Origin: a phage
Assembly: GCA_012365435.1 (NCBI GenBank)
Contig: GCA_012365435.1_4518.1
DNA length: 64,000 nt
Strand: one strand, 5' to 3'
The notes under the pieces were generated by a model. That model ran no database searches, had not been told where the DNA came from, and saw only the letters and a program-made list of their open reading frames with translations. Both the position numbers and the translations under genes were made by a program. Of this stretch, positions 51,953 through 61,320 are shown one piece after another. Each line of letters opens with the position of its first letter. Positions within the stretch are counted from its first letter, which is position 1.

Positions 51953-52477
51953 TCATTTTAGCAAAATAAAATCAACTTGTTCTGCCAATGAACGTCTAAA
52001 CATTAATTGACAACTTCCGAGGATGAAATCAGGTGCTTCATAGACCGCGATGTAGTATCCTTTAGCTTTCAAGAGTTCAACATCTACCTGGTCATCAAAC
52101 CATGCATAAACCGCATCAACACTTTCAAATCCAAAATAGAACCCTTGAGCCCAATCTTCACTCAATTCAAATGTGTGCTCAATTCTATAGTATCTTAAGA
52201 TATTTTGTTCAAGGAGTTTGTCTTCATTTACTGTAGGACGATTAGGGACATTATAGTTGTCGCCGTGATGGTAGAAGTTACCTGAGAGTATTCCATGTTT
52301 ATCAAGGAACTCCCATGTTTCTTCAGAGTTGTCGGTGCCCGACCAACCGTACGGCGAGCGAGGTTCTTTATTCCAAGAGGTTTCCCAAATTCTGACGGCT
52401 TTACCGTCTTCGATAGCAATTCCCGGTAATGATTCACGTTGAGTACAAAAACTACGTTCTACGCGGTAAACTAACAT
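51953..52477 (-). CDS. Hypothetical protein, 174 aa
   Basis: ORF. Confidence 0.5.
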   Translation of the reverse strand: MLVYRVERSFCTQRESLPGIAIEDGKAVRIWETSWNKEPRSPYGWSGTDNSEETWEFLDKHGILSGNFYHHGDNYNVPNRPTVNEDKLLEQNILRYYRIEHTFELSEDWAQGFYFGFESVDAVYAWFDDQVDVELLKAKGYYIAVYEAPDFILGSCQLMFRRSLAEQVDFILLK

Positions 52478-52536
52478 ATTATTCTCCTCTGGTTGATATG
52501 GTTATAATATCAAAACCGGAGGAGAAGTAAACAACT

Positions 52537-52956
52537 TTATGCGAAAGCAGCTGGGCTATATTTTTTGATTTGGAATTCAGGAACTACCATGAACTGACCA
52601 GCGAAAACAATGTTATAAAGCTTAACACCATCTTCTACCCAACGGTCGCTAATAAATCCGGCGATTTGCTTAGTTTTCCATGGCGTTCCATCAGTTGCCG
52701 CAGCAATAGTGAATTCATGGTCTTTTTCAACAGAAACTGATCTGCATAGTCCCCATTTGAACGCTTTTTCTTCTGGTTCAATGAATTGACTTTTAACGTA
52801 ACCAATGTTACCATCGGCGTCACGAACTTTAACTTCGTTACGTCCAAAAACTGGATCACTCACAGAAAGAACTTCAACCAACTTCCCGGCAACTTTAGAG
52901 CGAGAAGCAACAGATACATATACGTAATCACCTGTAGAGAGATTTACAATATTCAT
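52537..52956 (-). CDS. Hypothetical protein, 139 aa (member 1 of tandem paralogue trio)
   Basis: Shares C-terminal GFISDRWVEDGVKLYNIVFAGQF.VVP motif with the next two ORFs. Confidence 0.55.
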   Translation of the reverse strand: MNIVNLSTGDYVYVSVASRSKVAGKLVEVLSVSDPVFGRNEVKVRDADGNIGYVKSQFIEPEEKAFKWGLCRSVSVEKDHEFTIAAATDGTPWKTKQIAGFISDRWVEDGVKLYNIVFAGQFMVVPEFQIKKYSPAAFA

Positions 52957-52965
52957 AATAATTCC

Positions 52966-53421
52966 TTAAGCTTTACGAGGAGACACATAGCGAGTGATTT
53001 CAGATTCTTTAACAACTCGGAAGTCACCTAAGAATACGATATTGTATAACTTTTCACCATCTTCAACCCATTGGTCACTAATGAAGCCGCACATAGTATC
53101 AGTTTTGCTTGGATAACCGTATTCATCGATGAAGTCAAATTCTTTATCAGTCTGGAATTCAACACCTTTACACAAGGCCCATTTGAACTGTACATTAGGT
53201 TCAGTAGAAGCAAAATGAGCACTCACATGAGTTTCCAAGAATTTAGGACTTACGTAAGCGTACTGAGTTTCAGTTTTTCCGGAACTAGGAATGATTCGAA
53301 CTTTAACTTCTTTAACACGTCCAGTACCATTAGTACGAAGTCCGACAACTTCAACCAGACGACCTGCAGCTTTAGAACGAGATGCAGATGATACACGCTT
53401 AATTTCACCAATAGTAATCAT
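52966..53421 (-). CDS. Hypothetical protein, 151 aa (member 2 of tandem paralogue trio)
   Basis: GFISDQWVEDGEKLYNIVFLGDFRVV. Confidence 0.55.
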   Translation of the reverse strand: MITIGEIKRVSSASRSKAAGRLVEVVGLRTNGTGRVKEVKVRIIPSSGKTETQYAYVSPKFLETHVSAHFASTEPNVQFKWALCKGVEFQTDKEFDFIDEYGYPSKTDTMCGFISDQWVEDGEKLYNIVFLGDFRVVKESEITRYVSPRKA

Positions 53422-53485
53422 AATTTCTCTCTCTCTTTGTTTAAGTTGAATTCATTATACTCCATCCGTCCTTGGATGTACAACA

Positions 53486-54022
53486 TTAATTAAGGATATT
53501 AACCACAGCACTACGTGGAACTACACTAAAATCACCTGCATGAACAACGTTCAGAAGTTCAACACCGTCTTCAATCCATTGGTCAGTTACCCATCCATTT
53601 ACTGGACCAGCGAATGGGCGTCGAATTGAAACATATTTACACAACAAATCAGTAGGCTCAATAGGCTTAATCAGAGTACCGTACATACAAGTGATATCCA
53701 TATCAATACAGATATCTTTAACGGGTTCTACTTCTTCAATCAACAGTTCAAAGTCGGTGCTTGGAAGGGCGGTAGTAGAAATTGTACCATATGAATTTTT
53801 AATTTCTAAGAATAACCAAGGGCCTTCAACTTGTTTGATGAAGTTAACAATAGTGAAACTATTACCTTGAGTGGCACCTAAAATTTCACAAAACTTTTCA
53901 TAAGCTCGCACTGAAGCACCGTACCAGTTGATTTGTTTTTCATCTTTCAGGATGTAAGTAGCCGTGGTATTGATATTCATAATGTTTTCCCGTTTGGTTA
54001 AGATAGAAAGATTATACTCCAA
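53486..54022 (-). CDS. Hypothetical protein, 178 aa (member 3 of tandem paralogue trio)
   Basis: GWVTDQWIEDGVELLNVVHAGDFSVVP. Confidence 0.55.
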   Translation of the reverse strand: MEYNLSILTKRENIMNINTTATYILKDEKQINWYGASVRAYEKFCEILGATQGNSFTIVNFIKQVEGPWLFLEIKNSYGTISTTALPSTDFELLIEEVEPVKDICIDMDITCMYGTLIKPIEPTDLLCKYVSIRRPFAGPVNGWVTDQWIEDGVELLNVVHAGDFSVVPRSAVVNILN

Positions 54023-54040
54023 CCATCCTTGGTTGTAAAC
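54005..54040 (-). promoter_or_regulatory. Early promoter (PeSL-like)
   Basis: - strand GTTTACA, spacer, TATAAT. Confidence 0.45.
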
Positions 54041-54045
54041 TGTTT

Positions 54046-54723
54046 TTATCGCTGTTTTACACTTAACGGGTCAGGATTCTCAGGGACATCTTCAAGGCCA
54101 AGCGCGTACCGCTGAGCATATTTTAACATCAAAATATCTTTAGCACAATCATGAATACTATCATGGGCAACGAATCCTTTTAGCGTACCCATCGGTAATG
54201 GACACATACTTAATCCTCGTGTCAACGAGTAAGCTTCGATTGCCGTACGAATATCGCGTTGAGCCCAGAATTTAACCGGTTCTAATTTATCGGTATCAAT
54301 ATCTGGTTCAAGAACACCTTCATCACGATAGAGATCACGAATCAAATCGACCAAGATCGGGAAGTCAAAGCTCATACCACGGCACCACATCTGTGATTTC
54401 CATTGGTCAACTTTATTAGCTCGGCAATAATCTAAAAAGATTTTAATGCCTTCAAGCGTAGTGACATCGTCTTCAGACGGGGCCAAGTTTTTACGTGCTT
54501 CTGCTGACTGTTCTTTCCACCATTTCATAGTGGATTTAGCAAAAACTCGCTTCCCTTTCTGAGAAGCTAAATTAAATTTAATTCGCTTACCTCGTTGAAC
54601 AAGTTCTTCAAATGATTCAACAACTTCAGGGTCGGAATTATATGCAATAACCGCAAGGTCAATAACAGCCGCTTTTGATGTATTGCCGAATGTTTCAAAA
54701 TCTATAATAACATCAGTGCTCAT
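54046..54723 (-). CDS. dexA: Exonuclease A (DnaQ-like 3'-5' exonuclease), 225 aa
   Basis: DFETFG exo I motif at N-terminus; length and position as T4 DexA. Confidence 0.88.
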   Translation of the reverse strand: MSTDVIIDFETFGNTSKAAVIDLAVIAYNSDPEVVESFEELVQRGKRIKFNLASQKGKRVFAKSTMKWWKEQSAEARKNLAPSEDDVTTLEGIKIFLDYCRANKVDQWKSQMWCRGMSFDFPILVDLIRDLYRDEGVLEPDIDTDKLEPVKFWAQRDIRTAIEAYSLTRGLSMCPLPMGTLKGFVAHDSIHDCAKDILMLKYAQRYALGLEDVPENPDPLSVKQR

Positions 54724-54732
54724 AATTTTCTC

Positions 54733-56046
54733 TCAAATAAAATGGACGTCAAAACGACCACGAGTTGTGCCGACATACAATAACTGTTTAGCTAATTCTG
54801 AATCAGCATAATGGATACACGGTGTATAAACAAAAGCCGTGTCAACAGACATACCCTGGGCCTTATGGAAGGTTGATACTGGTAGTGCCTTCACCTTAGT
54901 GAACATACGTTTAGCATCCCAGAATTCGCTCCATGGAGCTTTACCACCTTTATTCCAGAATTTGTATGTTTCTGCAGTCTTAGCCAAAAACAAATTGAAT
55001 TTATAAAGCTCTTCTTCAGAAGAAATAACCTTTATATCCTCGCGGACGTATTCTTCATCATCGCCATATGTTTCTACTGTAAGATTCCAGTATCGTATCA
55101 TATATTCGCCTGAAACACCACGTGCTTTAACGAATGTAGACGTTTCTACAGCGTCTCGAATACGAACGAACTGCCCGTTATTGAAAAGCATTTCGGTCAT
55201 ATTTTTGCCATCTAGCTTATATGTCTTGGTAAACGGCTCTTGTAGAACAATGACTTCGTCTTTAATAAATGGTTTTTCTGTTTCAAGAAGTTTTCGGCGA
55301 ATAATTGAATTCAACTTATCTACTGACTTATTTGTGAATGCCATCATTCGATTTTCGAAAAGGTCTTCAGGAGTTTTAACGACATTAAAATAGTTCATCA
55401 TATACGATTTAAGGTCTGTATATCCATGAACACCATGCCCATCAACTACTTTATCATAAATCCATTTGCCATTACGAATATCAGTCGCAACATCAATAAT
55501 TGGTGCATTGCTACGTTTAACTTCTGTAAGGTTGCATTGCACGAAGTCTTTGTGAGTGAAGAAAGGACTTAGATACGCAGTTGATTCGCCTGGGTCTACC
55601 GGTCGAATCTGACATCGGTCACCAATTCCAATTACTGTGCACCATTTAGGGATACTATCTAACATTATTTTAAACAGAGAACGGTCACACATTGACGCTT
55701 CATCAAATAATAGTACACGACACAAGGCTAAGTCGGGGACCTTTTTCTGTTCAAACAATACATTTTCTTCGTATGTAGTTGGGTTGATTTTAAGAATGCT
55801 ATGAATAGTCGATGCTTCTTGACCTGCAAGTTTGCTTAGAACCTTTTTAGCAGCATGTGTAGGGGCTGCTAAAATAATACCTGATTCTCCAGAAGAAATA
55901 AGAGCTTCAACAATAAATCTAGTAAGGGTTGTTTTACCTGTACCAGCAGGCCCATTAATAGTTACGTGATGTTTCTTTTCTTTAATAGCTTTCATAACAA
56001 CGTTGAAGGCGTTTTTCTGGCCTTCAGTCAAATCATCAAATGTCAT
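54733..56046 (-). CDS. dda: Dda DNA helicase (SF1B), 437 aa
   Basis: Walker A GPAGTGKTT; near-identical to T4 Dda. Confidence 0.95.
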   Translation of the reverse strand: MTFDDLTEGQKNAFNVVMKAIKEKKHHVTINGPAGTGKTTLTRFIVEALISSGESGIILAAPTHAAKKVLSKLAGQEASTIHSILKINPTTYEENVLFEQKKVPDLALCRVLLFDEASMCDRSLFKIMLDSIPKWCTVIGIGDRCQIRPVDPGESTAYLSPFFTHKDFVQCNLTEVKRSNAPIIDVATDIRNGKWIYDKVVDGHGVHGYTDLKSYMMNYFNVVKTPEDLFENRMMAFTNKSVDKLNSIIRRKLLETEKPFIKDEVIVLQEPFTKTYKLDGKNMTEMLFNNGQFVRIRDAVETSTFVKARGVSGEYMIRYWNLTVETYGDDEEYVREDIKVISSEEELYKFNLFLAKTAETYKFWNKGGKAPWSEFWDAKRMFTKVKALPVSTFHKAQGMSVDTAFVYTPCIHYADSELAKQLLYVGTTRGRFDVHFI

Positions 56047-56354
56047 CGTAAAGTCCCTGCAATTGGAATACTAACAATACGGCCTGTGTCCAGGATTCGT
56101 TGATATAATCTTTGCGTCTCCGCATCTAGTTTAACGTGTTTCATTTCAAGCTTATTAAACCAGAACTTACGCGGAGTTTCGACCATTCTTAGAACTCCCA
56201 TTTTTAAATCTGTTTTATACTGTGTTTTCAAAGTATCAAAAACTTTATCTGCAATATCCTTTCTAAAAAATACTGCAGGACGATGCTCATCAAGTGGAAC
56301 CGGGACAGTAAATCCTTCCATATCTCGATAAACTATTGCATATACATAAACCAT
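56043..56354 (-). CDS. Hypothetical protein, 103 aa (dda.1 position)
   Basis: ORF with ATGA overlap. Confidence 0.55.
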   Translation of the reverse strand: MVYVYAIVYRDMEGFTVPVPLDEHRPAVFFRKDIADKVFDTLKTQYKTDLKMGVLRMVETPRKFWFNKLEMKHVKLDAETQRLYQRILDTGRIVSIPIAGTLR

Positions 56355-56356
56355 AA

Positions 56357-57103
56357 TTAACCTTTAATCAGTTGGAATAATGATGCGCTAAGTGGTAGGC
56401 CACGTTTCAATTTTAATTTACCAATGAAACCAATCTTTTCAAAACGTTGCAGACCTTGGATAACTTTATCATATGTATCGAAAAGCGATTCAGCGTCAGT
56501 TAATTTAGTTTTAGTTTTCCAGTCAGAGCCTTTAAGAAGAACGTTGAGTTTAGTAAGTTCATGGCCTTCTGCTTGATGTGAGCCATTAATGCGTGCTTTC
56601 AAAGCAACAATTCTAAGTTTAGATTCGTTAGATAAAGGTTGATTTTTCATCATGTTCGCCATATGCTTAACACGATTTTCACGTTTTGCTCGGATTTTTA
56701 AAATAGTATCATAAACCTTTTTAATTTGGGCCCATTTCTTCTCGTCGAGATTAAGTTTCTCTACTTTACGGGCAGAAGGATTAGCAATACGTCTTGCAAC
56801 AGTGTCACGTTTCTCAATAAGTTCTTCTAGTGTTAAATCAGAACGAGCCGTGTTATATTTTTTCTTAACTGGGATAACATTACCTTTAATGTAGCCTATA
56901 TCGTTATTAAAACGTTCTAAGGATAATTTCTCACCTTCAACAGAGTTATTAAAAGATTCACCTGAGTAAGCGCAGACCTTTTGATCAAGAATGTTTTTAA
57001 GGTAATTAAAGTCTAAGTTAAAATCCTTAGAGCGTCTCTTCGCAGAAGCTCTGGTGTGGTCAAGACGACGATTGATTTTGTTAATTTTATTATTTGATAA
57101 CAT
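56357..57103 (-). CDS. srd: Srd-like protein, 248 aa
   Basis: Position between dda.1 and modA and size as in T4; assignment by synteny. Confidence 0.6.
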   Translation of the reverse strand: MLSNNKINKINRRLDHTRASAKRRSKDFNLDFNYLKNILDQKVCAYSGESFNNSVEGEKLSLERFNNDIGYIKGNVIPVKKKYNTARSDLTLEELIEKRDTVARRIANPSARKVEKLNLDEKKWAQIKKVYDTILKIRAKRENRVKHMANMMKNQPLSNESKLRIVALKARINGSHQAEGHELTKLNVLLKGSDWKTKTKLTDAESLFDTYDKVIQGLQRFEKIGFIGKLKLKRGLPLSASLFQLIKG

Positions 57104-57256
57104 AATATTTTCCTCTGTCTTACGGACGTTAAGGTCATTTAGCTGATAAGCTTATAATATCATGCCCTCAGGTAGTGTACACTCTTTTTTCATAAAATGC
57201 TTTAATTTTTTATGTGTTATAATGGTTCTGAGTTCCATCCGGTTATTCTAATTCAG

Positions 57257-57865
57257 TCAGTAACTGACAATAGACAGATTCCAGATTGTATAACGTCCAT
57301 CTTGAATAATAGAATCTACACGCAGTGTAGTCCCTATAGGGAGCATAAATTCACATTCGTCAGATATAAGTCTAGCATTAGACCGTCTTGTCGCTTCAGG
57401 GAAAGCTCCATTGAACTCGCAAGATGGCGCAGCCAGAATCATATTAAGCATATGTTCACGGAAGTTGAAAGCAAATGGTGCATCTTTGATGCAGAACATA
57501 TTAAATGTTCCGTAAAAATTATACGAAGCAAAGTTACGTGCTACACCGAACACTGGGCTGAAGCTCATTACTCTGTCAAATTTAATAATACTACCAATGC
57601 CTTTATCATCAAGTGTGGCCATAGTTTTCTTAGAGATTCCACGATACATTGTCTCAGGAACAGAAGACGTCCAATTTCTACGAACGATTGAACTTAACTC
57701 CTGTTGGATGCTATCTGGCTTGTTTTCCATACACTGCCACAGTACACTTTGTTCAATGTCGCTGAATTGACTATCAATTTCGTACTGCAATACATCTTGA
57801 TATTCGGGGTTTTGAGCACGACGAACCATTTCTTCAATTTCACACTCGTTATACGGCATAAACAT
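57257..57865 (-). CDS. modA: ADP-ribosyltransferase ModA-like, 202 aa
   Basis: ART-like R (MYRG), S-x-S and E-x-E (DECEF) elements; position as T4 modA. Confidence 0.7.
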   Translation of the reverse strand: MFMPYNECEIEEMVRRAQNPEYQDVLQYEIDSQFSDIEQSVLWQCMENKPDSIQQELSSIVRRNWTSSVPETMYRGISKKTMATLDDKGIGSIIKFDRVMSFSPVFGVARNFASYNFYGTFNMFCIKDAPFAFNFREHMLNMILAAPSCEFNGAFPEATRRSNARLISDECEFMLPIGTTLRVDSIIQDGRYTIWNLSIVSY

Positions 57866-57922
57866 TTAGGTTTCTCCTGTGGTTGATAAAAGTATAATAT
57901 CATCATCGGAAGAGTTTGTACA

Positions 57923-58504
57923 CTAAAAATTCAACATTTTCAAATGAATGATTTTGTATAACCGAGATAAAGGGTCATATTCTAAGTCTTCAATTTCCAC
58001 AATCTCAAATCTAGAGATACCTGAGACCATGTATTCTTGTTCAGATTCAATCATATCTAGGACGTCAACACGCGTTTCTTCCATAACATGCTTAGGATTC
58101 TTTCCAGCGAGTATAATGTTAACCATGTTTTGGTAGTAATCAAAAATGAATGGAGCATTTCGAAGACTAAGAATAGTGTACGTTTGATATTCCCATCTCC
58201 CAGAGAATTGACGAGCTGTACTGAAATCAGTTGTGAATGATGTCACGCGTCCAGGAGACCAATGGCATCCAACAGAAAGAAGGGAAAGACGTTCTACTTC
58301 TTCTGGAGTTACACCACGGTAGAGTTCTACTGGTACTGTAGAAGTCATATGCTTACGGACAAGATGGTCTAATTCATAGTGGAAATCTGGGTCTTCCTTA
58401 GAATCAGTGCAAGCCCAGAGAATGTTTTGTTCTTGGCGGGTGAATTTGCTATCAATCAGATTTGTTAGGTATTCGCGTTCTTGAAGTTCAGATTGACATG
58501 TCAT
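57923..58504 (-). CDS. modB: ADP-ribosyltransferase ModB-like, 193 aa
   Basis: Paralogue of modA (LYRG, ESEQEY); position as T4 modB. Confidence 0.7.
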   Translation of the reverse strand: MTCQSELQEREYLTNLIDSKFTRQEQNILWACTDSKEDPDFHYELDHLVRKHMTSTVPVELYRGVTPEEVERLSLLSVGCHWSPGRVTSFTTDFSTARQFSGRWEYQTYTILSLRNAPFIFDYYQNMVNIILAGKNPKHVMEETRVDVLDMIESEQEYMVSGISRFEIVEIEDLEYDPLSRLYKIIHLKMLNF

Positions 58505-58529
58505 GATAGACCTCCATTTAAAGATAAGC

Positions 58530-58560
58530 CTATCATAACACGAGAGGAGGGAATGTAAAC
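58530..58560 (-). promoter_or_regulatory. Early promoter for modB
   Basis: - strand GTTTACA, 17 nt, TATGAT. Confidence 0.45.
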
Positions 58561-58720
58561 TACTTTTTAAGCTTTCCTACTAAAGGACCATCAGGACCGG
58601 GTTGTTCTAACATGAATAAGGATGCTTTAAAAAGCAATGTCAACCCTTTCACCATTCGGTACCATGTCTCAAAGTCTTTTTCCTTGATTTCTAGTAAGAA
58701 TTTCTCTTTAAATTTCTCTT

Positions 58721-58909
58721 TCATTTCCAAGGACTCCATGGTGGAGGGTCGTCATAATAAGATGCAAGGTCTTTCAGGGCTTCAACAGGTAAACTAAAGC
58801 CGTGTCGTTGTATAATACTATCTAGTTCATCAACAAGTTCACTACGATGCACTTTAGGAGCCTCAACTTCAGGCTCGTCAAACATACTCATAAGGTCCAT
58901 ATTATTCAC
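58721..58909 (-). CDS. Hypothetical acidic protein, 62 aa
   Basis: ORF. Confidence 0.4.
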   Translation of the reverse strand: MNNMDLMSMFDEPEVEAPKVHRSELVDELDSIIQRHGFSLPVEALKDLASYYDDPPPWSPWK

Positions 58910-59366
58910 CGAGATAAAAACTAACAGGTTCAGAGAATGTTTCTAGCGCTACACCTTTTGTCTTAAAAAATTTCCAAATAGCTCGTTGCAAATGGGTTAA
59001 ATCTGCTAATGATGTAATAAAGTATTTTTTGGCAAAATACGTATGGTCTCGCTTTTCAAACAGGTCTAAACGCTTTTCAGGATTCACATAAACAGCATTT
59101 TCCGTGGATTCATAACCTAAGTCCTTTATGCCTTCTTCAAGACTAAACGGAGAATTTTTAGAACGAGTAATAGCTCCAACTCGCTCTACACGAATTTTGT
59201 AACCTTTAGGAATCTGCAATTTGCAGAATTCTTCTACGATATATTGCGGATTATTTAGACTTTTGTTAATGAGAATAGCTATTTCTAGTGGAGTCTTATC
59301 TTCCACTGGTATATGTTTAAATGACTTGGCTTCAAGCAAATACATTTTAAATAGCATAGCATCCAT
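58902..59366 (-). CDS. Hypothetical protein, 154 aa (mrh position)
   Basis: ORF; T4 has mrh (161 aa) here. Confidence 0.5.
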   Translation of the reverse strand: MDAMLFKMYLLEAKSFKHIPVEDKTPLEIAILINKSLNNPQYIVEEFCKLQIPKGYKIRVERVGAITRSKNSPFSLEEGIKDLGYESTENAVYVNPEKRLDLFEKRDHTYFAKKYFITSLADLTHLQRAIWKFFKTKGVALETFSEPVSFYLGE

Positions 59367-59572
59367 TATAATTTCCTCGATGGTTCACCCATATAAAGTT
59401 TTACAATACGTTCGCCTTCATCTTCGACGAGCTTTTCTTCATGTTTCTGGAATTCTTTAGCCATATTCTCTTCGAGAACATCCAGCCAATCTTCTGGACC
59501 GACACCATCGTCCCAGCTTTTAAACCATTTAACTATCTTGTTCATTCGCAGCTCCCTGAGCTTGAACCACAA
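59366..59572 (-). CDS. Hypothetical protein, 68 aa
   Basis: ORF. Confidence 0.45.
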   Translation of the reverse strand: MWFKLRELRMNKIVKWFKSWDDGVGPEDWLDVLEENMAKEFQKHEEKLVEDEGERIVKLYMGEPSRKL

Positions 59573-59790
59573 TCAGAATAACTTGACCCAGAATCACCAG
59601 GCCAAGACGATACGTATGAATGATTATAACTTGAAGAGCTTGAAGCATTAACCTGTTTTGTTTTTGGACGAATAACTTCTTCCATCATTCCGTCACCAAT
59701 ATATTCCCAACTTTTTTCATGTGTATCAGGAATAGGCATCATACCTTCGCCTGGTTTAACAGCAAAAAACTTCTTCAGCATCGTAAGCAT
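59542..59790 (-). CDS. Hypothetical Ser-rich protein, about 82 aa from internal Met
   Basis: ORF; SD-like gaggaa before the internal ATG; overlaps upstream ORF. Confidence 0.4.
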   Translation of the reverse strand: MLTMLKKFFAVKPGEGMMPIPDTHEKSWEYIGDGMMEEVIRPKTKQVNASSSSSYNHSYVSSWPGDSGSSYSDCGSSSGSCE

Positions 59791-59983
59791 TAATTGTTCC
59801 TCGAACAAAACGAACACCACCATCATCCCAACGGATTTCGGCATTAAATTTGACGTCTTCACCATCCATCATGAATGAGTGTACGACTACATCATCGTAA
59901 TATCCAAGACCGTATTTCAACGAAACTTCTTGAGCAATCAAAGCACCTAATGTGTTATTAGGTTTAATCCAACGATTTAACAT
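59756..59983 (-). CDS. Hypothetical protein, 75 aa from internal Met (MLNRWIKP)
   Basis: aggaga SD 6 nt before the internal ATG; the longer listed start would lie inside the promoter element. Confidence 0.45.
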   Translation of the reverse strand: MLNRWIKPNNTLGALIAQEVSLKYGLGYYDDVVVHSFMMDGEDVKFNAEIRWDDGGVRFVRGTINAYDAEEVFCC

Positions 59984-60009
59984 ATTGTTCTCCTCTTGAG
60001 TAAGTAAGA

Positions 60010-60041
60010 ATATCTTAACACAGTTTTTAGTGGTTGTAAAC
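60010..60041 (-). promoter_or_regulatory. Early promoter
   Basis: - strand GTTTACA, 17 nt, TAAGAT. Confidence 0.4.
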
Positions 60042-60055
60042 TGTAGAAACAAAAA

Positions 60056-60077
60056 AGGAATCCCGAAGGATTCCTTA
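60056..60077 (-). terminator. Hairpin terminator downstream of soc
   Basis: aggaatcccgaaggattcct with A-run on + strand. Confidence 0.5.
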
Positions 60078-60083
60078 AATTAT

Positions 60084-60320
60084 TTAACCACTTACTGGTG
60101 TAGGGGTAAACATTGCAGCGTTCTTAGTTTTCCAGTCAGCTGCATCAGAAACTACAGTAGAATAAGCTGCCTTTTCTGATGGAAAGATTTGGTAATGAGA
60201 ATCTGCAATCCGATGTTCGTTTGAATAAATCTCAAACGGCACAGAAACTTCCATACCTTTAACTTCTTTACCTTCACCAGCAGGATGCGTAAAGGTTTTG
60301 ATGTTTACATAACCACCCAT
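60084..60320 (-). CDS. soc: Small outer capsid protein Soc, 78 aa
   Basis: GYVNIKTF...HYQ.FPSEKAAYSTV matches T4 Soc. Confidence 0.9.
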   Translation of the reverse strand: MGGYVNIKTFTHPAGEGKEVKGMEVSVPFEIYSNEHRIADSHYQIFPSEKAAYSTVVSDAADWKTKNAAMFTPTPVSG

Positions 60321-60322
60321 AA

Positions 60323-60661
60323 TTAACTCCTTTGTTGTTTAATTACAGGTGTATTTATAATGAATTTCTTCGGGACAATAAAATATCCGAATTTAGCTAA
60401 TATAACAACACCACCGTTAATTATTACCGGAGAATAATCATCTGGAGTATTAAATTTCCAGTGGAGTCTAGTATTATATCCATCAGAGCCGAATGCTTTA
60501 TTAGCCGGTCTCCCGGCTTTTTGCCATGCATAAAAATCAAGTTTCATTTGCAACCCAATCAACCATATGTAGATGGTCTGATAATTGACTAACATGCTGA
60601 AGCTGATTAGACAGGAGTTTACAAATAAGCTCACTGTTATCATTTTTAAATAGTTGGTCAA
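60323..60661 (-). CDS. Hypothetical protein (112-aa ORF; true extent uncertain)
   Basis: ORF overlaps the soc late promoter; a shorter internal start is possible. Confidence 0.3.
   Translation of the reverse strand: MTNYLKMITVSLFVNSCLISFSMLVNYQTIYIWLIGLQMKLDFYAWQKAGRPANKAFGSDGYNTRLHWKFNTPDDYSPVIINGGVVILAKFGYFIVPKKFIINTPVIKQQRS
60353..60360 (-). promoter_or_regulatory. Late promoter (TATAAATA) for soc
   Basis: Exact octamer on - strand about 30 nt upstream of soc ATG. Confidence 0.7.
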
Positions 60662-60709
60662 TACGTTTCTTATGAGCTTTCTTAAGCTGACGTTTATTTA
60701 AACGAGCCA

Positions 60710-61246
60710 TTAATAACCTCGGTCTTGACGAGCAAAGTTTTCAGCATTCTTCAGATAATACAGTTTAAAGATTTCTTCAGCCGAAAGACCTATACCTTGG
60801 AACATATTCAGAACGAAATGGAGAATATCAATCATTTCAAACTTAATTTCCAGTTGGTCTTCAGGAGTCAGTTCATCGATACGACGATTTCGATATTCAG
60901 CATGTTGTGCTTTCCAAGGTTTCCATACAGCAGATGCATCTTTTTCACCATTGCTCATACCACCAAGTGAAGTCAGCAGTTCACGGAATTCATCATCAAT
61001 ATAATCTTTCTGATTACGCAGCCAATCAACAACATCACCGGCAGTAGCCAATTCATCAGGATGTTTGTTATGTTCAGGCTTGTCATTAGCCAGACGAACC
61101 TGTAAAGATTTCTGCATATCAAGCATTACCTGCAGTGGGTCTTTATCTTCGTGAATCAGAGCATTAAAATAAGCTTCTTCTGCTTTATCAACACCAGAAA
61201 TAAGTTGTGAACATTCATTAAAGTGCGCCATTATTTTTCCTTTCAA
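60710..61246 (-). CDS. 56: dCTP pyrophosphatase (dCTPase/dUTPase) gp56, 178 aa
   Basis: Close match to T4 gp56. Confidence 0.92.
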   Translation of the reverse strand: MKGKIMAHFNECSQLISGVDKAEEAYFNALIHEDKDPLQVMLDMQKSLQVRLANDKPEHNKHPDELATAGDVVDWLRNQKDYIDDEFRELLTSLGGMSNGEKDASAVWKPWKAQHAEYRNRRIDELTPEDQLEIKFEMIDILHFVLNMFQGIGLSAEEIFKLYYLKNAENFARQDRGY

Positions 61247-61320
61247 TTCAGTAATAAGTGAGTTAATTCTAACATTAATTTTATAAAGCGTAATAAATAA
61301 TAGGTAACTAAGGAGATATT

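Noticed and set aside
56357-57103. Degenerate HNH-like motif in the srd-position ORF
   Set aside because: Pattern CAYSG...GYIKGNVIPV lacks the conserved His/Asn catalytic residues; similarity too weak to call a nuclease
57212-57691. + strand 159-aa ORF antisense to modA, with a TGnTATAAT-like sequence upstream
   Set aside because: Entirely embedded antisense to modA, Cys/Arg-rich odd composition; the promoter-like sequence is better explained as part of the - strand srd promoter region
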